This document shows, in pieces, positions 9,301-18,500 of a stretch of 37,278 nt of DNA. The stretch is taken from positions 1 through 37,278 of the IMG/VR virus record IMGVR_UViG_3300020294_000012. The stretch is one strand, 5' to 3'. Both the position numbers and the translations under genes were made by a program. The notes below the pieces were generated by a model that was given only the letters and a program-made list of their open reading frames with translations, did no database searches and had not been told where the DNA came from. Position 1 is the first letter of the stretch, and each line of letters starts with the position of its first letter. The DNA comes from a virus (Duplodnaviria > Caudoviricetes).

Positions 9301-12300
9301 TGTTGATGAATATGTCTCAGCAGGTCCAATTCTAGATTTATCAAAAGGATCTACTGTATATTTTTCAACGACTACTGAAGGTGATCCCAATCCAGCAGCA
9401 AATTCTGGTCTACTAGTATCTCCAAATTTATGATTAGGTGCTTGTGCCTTAACATACCCTATTTGGGTAGTTCCATTCATAACCTTAACATTTTCACCAA
9501 CTTTGAAACCTTGAGTTCCTGCTATGGTTGAAATTTCAATTATCTTAGGGAAGATATCAGGTACACCACTATCTAACTTGTGAATATGCTTTGTAAATGG
9601 TTTTAAACCATTAGCAGCAAAATATACATTTCTAGATCTCATGAAAGTATCACTCTCTCCAGAAATCTTCACACTTTCAACATAATCAAACTCTTGATTA
9701 TCACCAGTCATTTGATTGGTGAAACTAGTTTCTACTGTTTGTGTTGTAGTTGTAGTAGTTGTTGTGGTGGTATCAATATGATTACCATCAAACTGTCCAT
9801 GTGTTGCAGGATCATCTTCTCCAGGATCAATCTCTTCACTAGTTACAGTGACATCTGTTGATGTTACTGTGTTATCAGAAACAACATTAGATATTGTATT
9901 CCAAGTATTACCAGTTGATTCTACCCTATTATTATCAATATAAATTGTTCTTGTCCAGTTATCTGATGGTGGATCTAATTGAATAGCACCAACATATGTA
10001 ATAACATTAAATGGGTTAATATTTTCAACACCAGATGCCTGTGGTTGATTGATCCATTCTACTTCATCATATTTAAGTGTTATTAGATCACCAGTCTTTT
10101 GGCAATTTGGATCTAAAAGATTCAAATTGGATGACATATCAGCAGTATCAACATTAATTCCAGGATTAAGTCCCAATTCTGCCTTCATTGACCAGAAATC
10201 AACCGCACTAATTAATTCATTGTTAACTATATCTACATCACATCTAGATACATCTTCAGTTTTACTAGTAAATCTAATAAAATCTCTATTTTTAAAGTCA
10301 TTAGCAACAAAACCAGTCTTAAATCTATCAATACCATCAGCATCCTTAACTTGAAGTGATTTTGTATCTAATTCTAGAGCAGTTAATGAAGTCATTACTT
10401 CAAGGTTGGAAATCCTCTTTTCAAGTTTTCCAATATCCCTCATAGTAAATCTTCTATTATCATATAATTTAATCTTAGGTCCTTTAATAGGATCATAAAG
10501 ATATGGTGGATATGTTATTTGAGCGATCTCCATAGAGTCACCAACTTCAGTTGGAGGTGCTGGTTTATCAGCAGAAACACCCTTTATTAATTTTACTTGC
10601 TCATTTTTATTAATTACTAATTTATCAATTCTAGGTAAGTAGTAACTATATCCAACAACAGAACTCTCATCAGGAGTGATTATGTATCTAGTTGTTGTAT
10701 CAAATATTCTATGACTATACGCAAACGGTGATTTTGCATTTCCTGCAGGAAAATCTGCTGGATCAAATTTTTTAACCCTTGGTCTGAAGTCAAGGACATC
10801 GCTTGCCCTATTTCCAGCTATTGCTGGCATATCATTCGTATATCTATCCTTATTATAAGAGTTTACAGTGAAGAAATCACCACTACTATTATCAGCAACT
10901 TCATAATTATCAAAAATAATCAATAATCTCTTAGATGGTTTTGTAGAATTACCTGTTCTAACAATTCTAGAATAATCTGAGAATTGTTTTCTATGTCCCT
11001 TATCTAAATTGTAGTTTGAAGTTCTATCAACATAACTACCAGGAATTATCTTCTGTGCTACAGAACTTATATTTGAATCTTTAAATGTTACTGTTTCACC
11101 CTTTACAAAGTTATTATCATTTAGATAAACATACTCTACAACTGTACCAGACTTTCTATTAACTATCTGACCAATTGCTCTACTTGTTTCACCTACAATT
11201 TGTTCTCCAACAAAACTTTTAGTATCTAAATCTAAACCAGAAACAAATTCCAAACCATCCAAAGTTGGAGTTAGTTTATTAGTAGATTCGTAAATACCAA
11301 GAACTTTAGCAACATCAGGAACATTTAATGATATTTCTTTATCCTCAACACGTAATCCATAAGCATTACTTTGAGTTAGTCCTGAATTTTCTGTGGATAC
11401 AGAAATAGTATTTGTTACTTCAATCTGACTACTTCTAATATAATTTTTTGTTCTACTAGCAAGACCTAATTTCTTTAAAGTAACATTAACATCTGCCTTT
11501 GTATTTTGAGCTTTTGTTAACCCAGTAAAGGTAATATTAGCACCACCATTAGTGATAGTTACTTGATCTGATTTTAAAGTTTCTATAGAACCATCATCAT
11601 AATGAATCGAATATCTTTCAGCATCAAATGGTTCAAAATATGCTGTAGTAATTCCTAATCCACCACCTTCACCAGAAGATTCTATTGCTGCTTGAGCACT
11701 AATTGTTATTGCTTTAGATGCATTAACTGTAAGACCTTTTACTTGACGACCAACAACTAAAGTAGAATTGGCAAGATCGAGTGTAGATATATTTTTCTTA
11801 GGTAACTTACTGTATAAACCAGAACGATTTAAATTTATTATCTTAGGAGACATTACAGAAAATGTCGATTCAGCTTTTGCTCCACCACTTAATACAGTAC
11901 CAGAACATAAATCTGAAATGTCCTCTTCAGCAGATAAAGTTAACTGTACACCATCTGCTGCTATAGTAGAAACTCTATTAAACTTTGGATCATCAGTACC
12001 AGCTACTGAATATGATATTATACTATCTGTTTTTATACCAACTTGACCAGAAAATCTTCTGTTCGCACATTTAGCAGTATTATCCTCAACATTAAGTTGA
12101 TCAGTTTTAGAAAAATTAGGTAAAGTTCTTGGATATAAAACAGAATCAGCACTAAATGCTGTTTCTAAAGCACCAATATCCTTTGGTTGATGCACAGATT
12201 TTATATCATCTAATGTGTAAGTAGTAACTTTTTCAACAGAAGCTGTTGATGTATTAACACCCACAGTACTGGTTTTCTCATTAAATACTATAGTTTCACC

Positions 12301-13917
12301 ATCTACAAATTGTCCAGTAGTTTGTATAACATTTATTTCATTTGTATTTGGATGATCTTCAACATAACCTATAGCACCACTACTCATACCTCTTACTCTA
12401 GATCCAGAAGGTGCTAAAGTTTCTGATTGGTATGTTAAACCACCTTGCCCAGATTTTATTTGAAGAACAGTATATGTTTGAACATCATATAAGAAAAGAT
12501 CCCATTCAGTTGTATCACCCTTATAGGTATCGTCTGTAGGAGCATAAGAATAAACTCTACCCTGTCCGACTACTGCAGCACCCACATCAGTTCTTGGTTC
12601 AAGAGCAGCGTTACTCCCCTTTCTCCTACTATAAAATGTAACAGTATTACCTACACCAACAGCACCAACTTTACCACCTAAACTAATATATGGAGTACCA
12701 TAGGTATTATTAACTCTTAAAAGACTTCCCATTCTAAATGGAACTGTCTCTGCTTTTATATTTTTAGCATCTCTTGGTTTATCAACATCAAGAACTGTAG
12801 TACCAGGTAGAGGAACATCAAATCCTCTAACATATGCTTTACCTGGAGACAATTTTACACATATTTTATCTTCTGATGGATAATTACCTTCATCCGTCTT
12901 TTCATTAGATAAGAATAGTCCATTTGAACCAATCTCATCATTTAATGAATCTTGAACAGTAACATTAAATGGATCTATAGCATAGTTACCAGATTCATCA
13001 TAAGTTCTCTTTGCAAGATACTTTCTTATTTCAGAATACTGAGTAGAGTTCTGTATCTTTTTAACTTCACCTTTTTTAACTCTAACTAATTCAACAAAAT
13101 TGATATCATCAAAATCATCAAGTGCTTTTTTAGTTAACTTTGTGCTAATTTTAAATCTATCAGCACCAGGAGCAGCATAGTTTGTAAATCCTTTAGCATT
13201 ATCATTTAATGTACTATCATCACTAGATGATATTACTTCTTCAACTATTTCAAATCCAACTCTATATGATGGTTTGTTTGAGTATGGTTCTAAAATAACT
13301 GTTGATTTTGGTACATCAACAAATGTGCCTCTTAGAAAATATACACCCTGATCAACACCAACAGCAGATCCAGTAGCTACTGGATTATCTGCAACTAATG
13401 TTAATACAGTATCTCCTGAATTTAATGTTGTATTTCCATAAGTAATGTTCTCTTCAAGTATCAATATTTCATTACTTGGAAAGAAATTACTTACACCATT
13501 AGAATCAGACTCAGTATATTTTACAAATATTGTAATTTCATCAACACCCTCTTTTGGTGGTAAAATATAATTTATAACTTTACCAACTATTTGTGAAGTT
13601 TGACCCTTTATTCTAGTTCCACCATTTGCTATTAAAGCATCAAGATATATGCTAACATCTATTCCCAAATGATCTGGGTTTACTTTACATGAAAAATAGG
13701 TATTATCATAAGTAACAGATCCAGGTATAACCATAGATCCTTCTTTAAATATATGATTACCAAACTGTTCTACTTGATTCTGTAGAATTGACTGTAATCC
13801 TGATAATTCTCTTGCTTGAACTGGGTATCCAGGTTTAAACAAAACCTTATAATAGTTCTTCGCCTTATCAAAATCATCGTAATAAGGACTTATATTTAAA
13901 TTAGTCTTTTGGGGCAT
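6328..13917 (-). CDS. Large virion structural protein, VrlC-like / DUF4815 family
   Basis: 2529 aa. N-terminus MPQKTNLNISPYYDDFD...KVLFKPGYPVQARELSGLQSILQNQ, plus NYAAPGADRFKI, LAKRTYDESGNY, YYLPRIDKL, NRRFTMRDIGKLEKRI, DPLAQTF and GSLFKSQNGTIWTPSQYQDLKFTL. Follows gp8 as in cyanomyoviruses. Confidence 0.85.
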   Translation of the reverse strand: MPQKTNLNISPYYDDFDKAKNYYKVLFKPGYPVQARELSGLQSILQNQVEQFGNHIFKEGSMVIPGSVTYDNTYFSCKVNPDHLGIDVSIYLDALIANGGTRIKGQTSQIVGKVINYILPPKEGVDEITIFVKYTESDSNGVSNFFPSNEILILEENITYGNTTLNSGDTVLTLVADNPVATGSAVGVDQGVYFLRGTFVDVPKSTVILEPYSNKPSYRVGFEIVEEVISSSDDSTLNDNAKGFTNYAAPGADRFKISTKLTKKALDDFDDINFVELVRVKKGEVKKIQNSTQYSEIRKYLAKRTYDESGNYAIDPFNVTVQDSLNDEIGSNGLFLSNEKTDEGNYPSEDKICVKLSPGKAYVRGFDVPLPGTTVLDVDKPRDAKNIKAETVPFRMGSLLRVNNTYGTPYISLGGKVGAVGVGNTVTFYSRRKGSNAALEPRTDVGAAVVGQGRVYSYAPTDDTYKGDTTEWDLFLYDVQTYTVLQIKSGQGGLTYQSETLAPSGSRVRGMSSGAIGYVEDHPNTNEINVIQTTGQFVDGETIVFNEKTSTVGVNTSTASVEKVTTYTLDDIKSVHQPKDIGALETAFSADSVLYPRTLPNFSKTDQLNVEDNTAKCANRRFSGQVGIKTDSIISYSVAGTDDPKFNRVSTIAADGVQLTLSAEEDISDLCSGTVLSGGAKAESTFSVMSPKIINLNRSGLYSKLPKKNISTLDLANSTLVVGRQVKGLTVNASKAITISAQAAIESSGEGGGLGITTAYFEPFDAERYSIHYDDGSIETLKSDQVTITNGGANITFTGLTKAQNTKADVNVTLKKLGLASRTKNYIRSSQIEVTNTISVSTENSGLTQSNAYGLRVEDKEISLNVPDVAKVLGIYESTNKLTPTLDGLEFVSGLDLDTKSFVGEQIVGETSRAIGQIVNRKSGTVVEYVYLNDNNFVKGETVTFKDSNISSVAQKIIPGSYVDRTSNYNLDKGHRKQFSDYSRIVRTGNSTKPSKRLLIIFDNYEVADNSSGDFFTVNSYNKDRYTNDMPAIAGNRASDVLDFRPRVKKFDPADFPAGNAKSPFAYSHRIFDTTTRYIITPDESSVVGYSYYLPRIDKLVINKNEQVKLIKGVSADKPAPPTEVGDSMEIAQITYPPYLYDPIKGPKIKLYDNRRFTMRDIGKLEKRISNLEVMTSLTALELDTKSLQVKDADGIDRFKTGFVANDFKNRDFIRFTSKTEDVSRCDVDIVNNELISAVDFWSMKAELGLNPGINVDTADMSSNLNLLDPNCQKTGDLITLKYDEVEWINQPQASGVENINPFNVITYVGAIQLDPPSDNWTRTIYIDNNRVESTGNTWNTISNVVSDNTVTSTDVTVTSEEIDPGEDDPATHGQFDGNHIDTTTTTTTTTTQTVETSFTNQMTGDNQEFDYVESVKISGESDTFMRSRNVYFAANGLKPFTKHIHKLDSGVPDIFPKIIEISTIAGTQGFKVGENVKVMNGTTQIGYVKAQAPNHKFGDTSRPEFAAGLGSPSVVVEKYTVDPFDKSRIGPAETYSSTSLLFNCDVSALANGSNYFGYVVKGAKLIGEETGTEATVTNVDLMSDNWGDVLGAFFFRDPHVTPPPSVLFYTGRKTFRITANTTGEFVPPGSTALASDATGTFSGTGTILTQTTSTVGVRNPPPPAQKPNETTTTININQESSTVRVEAPYRDPLAQTFTVDETGAFLTSFDVYFFKKDPNAKVFIELREVELGTPTSFLVQDFAQTSLNPNNINTSVDATVATTVKFPSPVYLESGKEYALVFLSPGSDEYEMWVATMGQKSVTPPSGLPASTSDSQFGVVTKQYIGGSLFKSQNGTIWTPSQYQDLKFTLRKAEFVPSGTTTFYNTPIEPGNINTSSLHTNPIRTLPRKLKFGVGNITETESALLPIGRKISSGLITDEEDNSITGVIEDRGAPIMASPIGLKLLSGGSGYFRDGGTGNITAGYLTSVTGSGTGARATFAVNNTTGKVTAVSVVTAGGSGFVVGEILTVDNVLSAGQSLEKGNGARFVVTDIKDDLDTLFLTDVQGEKFVTNDTIIHYGAANDTRTLLGNSAKVTSDSVVTDDINSGNVIEVIQYNHGHHGSNNKVRITNVEPDTVKTTITADLSATGTEVAVASTSSFSKFAGITTDRGEALINGEIVSYLIGVDKLSFSARGAEGSTALSHSDGDSIQTYEINGMPLVKINTTHDIPSNQTLRNSTNIDNYFLEISRGTGNRLAGKNQLNFTDEKAVGGPNVGISQNHQFSNASAKFNVITPGITRVNSSFRTVSGTSANGNEVSFIDQGFEPTILNETTFFPTPRLSASKINESERLETLPKSKSLSLKVDMTSNDKNLSPVLDVQNATFVLGRNKINDPIGADNYASDDQTNGIIGDPHGSMFISKKVNLKQPATSIKVFVAANVRPQADFRVYYRLFTADSSEVSSTYRAFPGYKNLIDTDGDGYGDQIIDLGLNDGRSDALVKKNGQDDFSEYQFTANDLEQFSGFTIKIVMTSTNECVPIRLKDFRAIALA

Positions 13918-13923
13918 TTTACT

Positions 13924-15531
13924 TTAGAATTCCAGGATGATTTTAACGTCTTCTTTTTGTCGTAAATTACGAGCAATCAAAGGTCTATGGTCAATATAAA
14001 CCAAATCCCCTGATCCTTTATTTATCTCTGATTGTGCGAACCCATCTACAAAGTTGGATCCCAGATCAATTTGCTTATTTCCAGTAGGATTAGTTGTAAT
14101 CCCTGAATAAACATTATTAACATATGCCTTAAATCCAGAAGCTTGTCCTTCAATAACAGGACCAGACTCAAAATCATAAAAACGACCAGAAGTTGATACT
14201 CCAATATAATCGGTTTGATCTTGAGTTGAACTATAATTTAAGGATCTATCAGTAAAATACTTTAGTACTTTTGTTGTGCTATCATAAGAAGCAACATATG
14301 CCTTTGCTATTTTAAGATCAGATCTTTTTTGTTCAATAATTTCACCAACTACAGGAGTTCCAGTAACTTTTTCAGTTGCTTGACTACTAGTTGGATTATC
14401 TTTAAAGATAATTGCCTTTAATGATGAAAATTGAGTTTGTGTAAATGGTGTAACACCATCAATTTGAGTTGGATTTTTTACTATACCAACTACAGCAAAT
14501 TTAGTATCTGTTGGAAAATCTTTAGTTGAATCATCAAATCTTGCATAAATTAAAATCTTATCAGTTCCCAATTCTTGATAGATATCATATCCATGACCTC
14601 TGCTTGGGGGAATAATTGGAATTAATTTTGCCGATGATCCTGCTGCAGTATTATTAACAGAATCTAGATCAACCATTCCATAACTATATCCACTTCCACC
14701 TGAAGTAACAGTTACATTTGATATTTGACCAGCAGCATTTATATCAAGTCTTGCTTTAGCACCAGATCCGTCGCCAACAATATTGACTTCTTGATCTGTT
14801 AATGTTGAATAAGAACTACCTGCGTTATCAATGTAAACATGCTTAATTTGATTACTATTTACAGTAGAATCTCCATTTTCTCTAACTGCTCTTATTTGCG
14901 GTTCTGTTGTTGTATCCCAGTCGCTAGGAACGGCTATGTACTCAGTAGAATCAAATTTTATAATATCACTTGGAGAAACTGTAAATAAGTACTTCCAAAT
15001 ATATCCATCACCACTACTACCAGCTTTTGAAGGTTCTAAATCAGTGAACGTTGGTTCGTCTAAAGAAACGTTACCTTTTGGATTTGTGCCTGTTGAACCA
15101 TTACTGATACAAATATAGACTTTATAATCCTCATTCATTACATAATAATCAGCACCATATAATTTACTAGAGCTTTTTATAGGACTTGGATTCTCTATAG
15201 TATAATCATCCCTATAAATTTCATACCTATTACCAGACTTCCAATCAATCCGTCTAATAACTCTTCTTATATTCTTTGCTTGGATTTTTTTACCAAACAT
15301 CATAACATCCCCGACATGGGAGTTACTAGAAAAACTGTCAAGGGGTACTGGAGTTTTACTCACATCATCCCAATTAGCATTTCTACCATATGCAGAGCTT
15401 ACACCACCACCTATAGAGGCTGGTGTTGGATTCGGTAGACCAATAAAAACATAGTAGTTATTGTTTGCAACTGAATCTACAAAATTACTAGCATTAAGAA
15501 TCCTAAATTGGTTTGTTACAATTGCTGGCAT
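13924..15531 (-). CDS. gp8: Baseplate wedge subunit gp8
   Basis: 535 aa, MPAIVTNQFRILNASNFV, RRVIRRIDW, YYVMNEDYKVYICISN, DGYIWKYLFTV, and C-terminal RNLRQKEDVKIILEF. Directly downstream of the gp7-like gene. Confidence 0.88.
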   Translation of the reverse strand: MPAIVTNQFRILNASNFVDSVANNNYYVFIGLPNPTPASIGGGVSSAYGRNANWDDVSKTPVPLDSFSSNSHVGDVMMFGKKIQAKNIRRVIRRIDWKSGNRYEIYRDDYTIENPSPIKSSSKLYGADYYVMNEDYKVYICISNGSTGTNPKGNVSLDEPTFTDLEPSKAGSSGDGYIWKYLFTVSPSDIIKFDSTEYIAVPSDWDTTTEPQIRAVRENGDSTVNSNQIKHVYIDNAGSSYSTLTDQEVNIVGDGSGAKARLDINAAGQISNVTVTSGGSGYSYGMVDLDSVNNTAAGSSAKLIPIIPPSRGHGYDIYQELGTDKILIYARFDDSTKDFPTDTKFAVVGIVKNPTQIDGVTPFTQTQFSSLKAIIFKDNPTSSQATEKVTGTPVVGEIIEQKRSDLKIAKAYVASYDSTTKVLKYFTDRSLNYSSTQDQTDYIGVSTSGRFYDFESGPVIEGQASGFKAYVNNVYSGITTNPTGNKQIDLGSNFVDGFAQSEINKGSGDLVYIDHRPLIARNLRQKEDVKIILEF

Positions 15532-15552
15532 CTTAAATATACTTTTTTTCTT

Positions 15553-15560
15553 TATTTATA
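15553..15560 (-). promoter_or_regulatory. T4-type late promoter TATAAATA
   Basis: Plus strand TATTTATA at 15553-15560 in the gp7-gp8 gap. Confidence 0.75.
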
Positions 15561-15564
15561 GACA

Positions 15565-18500
15565 TTATATTACTTGAATTCTAAGAGCACCTGTATTACG
15601 CAATCCTTTAACAGAACCTTGTACATTATTTCTCCTTTGAATAGTTGGGAATGTGGACAATCCAGCATCAATTGTTAGACCAGTAACACCAATAGAAATT
15701 GGATTTGCTTCTCTAGTTGTTGCGTCACCATACAATCTACCCCAAGTAATTTTACCTAAAGAAGTTGTTACGCCAGTATTAGAAGGTAAATATTGACCAG
15801 TAGATGCTAATCCAACAACACTTGTTGTACTTAATATATTACATCTAATTTTAGCAATCTTATCACCAGCAACAGTGATTGAATGTACTTTGTAAATATT
15901 GTCCAAGAATGTTGTACCAATACCAACAAGAGAAGTATCGTGACTATCTACTGATGTAACACCATCACCTATTGATGTATCCTTAATTAAAATTGGATAT
16001 CCAGACTGGAGTAAACTTGCTTGCTTACCATCAGTAACATTAAAGAAGAATTCAAGAGCAAGTGGATGTCCACCAGTTCCAACAGCAGTTCCTATACCAG
16101 TAATAATTCCAGTAAAACCTTGACCAAACTTAATTAAGTTAATATCTTCAGTCTTATAAGAAGGAGTCTCAATTATAATTTGAGGTGCTACATCGTATCC
16201 TTGACCAGAATTGGTAATTGTTATTCCCGAAACTGATCCATTTGTAATTACTGCTTCAGCAGTAGCAGTTACCCCTATACTAACAGTAGTAATTCCAGGA
16301 CTTGATACTTTAACAGAAGGTATACTTGTATATCCTTTACCACCATTAGCAATATTGAAGGTTGTAACTTCTGAATTAGCAGTACCAACATTATTACCTA
16401 ATCCTAGAGTAACATCAGCAGGAGCAAAATCTGGTTCTGCTGGCATCATAATAGTATCAACTGCGTCAACAGTAATGTTATATCTCTGATGACTAGGAAG
16501 GCGAAGTGGTCCTTCCTCATAGAAGAAGATTTCAGCATCATCTACAAATATACCATCCTGTACACCAAGACCTATACCTGAAGTAGAACTAACATCAGAT
16601 ATAATTTTTGCTGTAGGATATACACAAGGTTCGATGGACTCTCTATCTTTATTGATTATCTCACCCTGAATAATCTTATCATCTTTTTGTCTAGACCAAT
16701 CAACAGGTTTAAAGTCAATTTCATTAACACCTGGTCCAGTATAAATGTCAGTTTCAACTAAATCTGATGATAAAATCTCCTTGACTGTTCTATCTCTATT
16801 TTGAGATACTGTGTCTAATTCATTATGCAGTCTTATTCTTAAATCATCACCTGGTTTGATTGTTTCTTGAATATCAACTATTTCAACATCAATCCCTCTT
16901 TGACCAAGATAGAAGAATATATCAACCTGATCACCAGTATCTGGTGGTTCAGTAAATGTAAATGTAGCACCACCAGTAAATTGATAAGCAATACCAGGTG
17001 TTTGTAATACACCATTAACAAAGATTACCAATACGGAATTTAAATCAATATCGGCAGATAATACATCAGTCTCATCTTTTTCAAAACTCAATAATTGTCC
17101 ATTAAAGAATAGTGGGAATCTCTTTCTAACATTATTTTGAAGATTTCTTATAGTATCAATGAAATCTATTTCACCGAATTGCCATGCTGAGAAGTAATCA
17201 TTGAATATTTGAACAACTTCCAATTCAAATTCAGTTAAAGGTTCTTGTAACTCAGCAGATGTTACTAGATTAATTGGTTTGAATCTATCACCCACTTTAA
17301 ATGAATGACCCTCTCTTGCTACTTTAAACTCTGAAATTTCAAATAAAGTGGAACCTATACCAACAGTGGTTTTAGCAGAACCTACATTTAAGTTAAGTAG
17401 TAAATTTTCACCAGTATCTGTAGTTTTTCCAATACCCAATCTAGAAACACCAGTAACAGGCATATTTTCATAAACAGGTTGTGAAACTATAATTTCTGGG
17501 TTAATATATCCAGAACCACCATTTTCAATAGTAAATTCTAAAGCACCACCAGTACCTGCAGGTGATTTACCAACATTTACAGTAAATTTCTTAGTTGTAA
17601 GAATACTTTCTACTCCAATAAATTCATTGTAAGTAGGATCAGTTGTTCTTGGATACAAATGATTAGTTGAATATTGATCCTTATTACACTGGAATACTAA
17701 AGATCCAATATCAAACTTAACTCTATTATTCGCCTTTTGAATATTATTAGGTAAAGATGATTCAAATGTATGTGAGGATATATTTGTAGATGGTACAGAA
17801 CTTAGAACTTGTATATCAAATTTATCAGTGGTAGTATTTGATATTTGAACCCACTTATAATTAATAGGATCCTTCCTTCTAGGGTAACTATGCTTAGAGT
17901 TATATGAATCTTGTTCACAAGTAAAGACTATAGAATCTTGATCAATTTTTACATAATCTCCATCACTAAATCCATGAGCAGTAGTTGTAGTAACTGTCAT
18001 AATACCAACTTGAGGATTATATACAGCACTCAAGGTTGATTTAACCTCAGAAGCAGTAAATCCGTGAGCAGCAGATGTAGTAACTGTCATGATTCCTGTC
18101 TTAGGATCATAATCTGCTACATTTGTTGTAAATGGACCACCAACATCAGCAGTTAGATTTTCATACTGTGGAGGAATACCAACATCACATGTTATTTTTT
18201 GAGCAGTTACTGCAGTAATTGCTAAAGCAGTATTATATGCTGGATCAGTTGATCTTGGATAAGAATGATTAGATCCATGATTATCAGCATCACATGTAAA
18301 TGTTAAAGCTTTAGGAGCAATAGTTACTGTATCACTAGTAGTGAAACTATGATTACCTATTGTTAATGTCAATAATCCAGTACCTGGAACATAAACAGCA
18401 TTGTTAACATCTCTCTTAACACCACCCACATCAATAGCATTGCTTATAGCATCGACGAAAGTATGAGTACCAATAGAATTGATAAACTTATGTCTATTTG

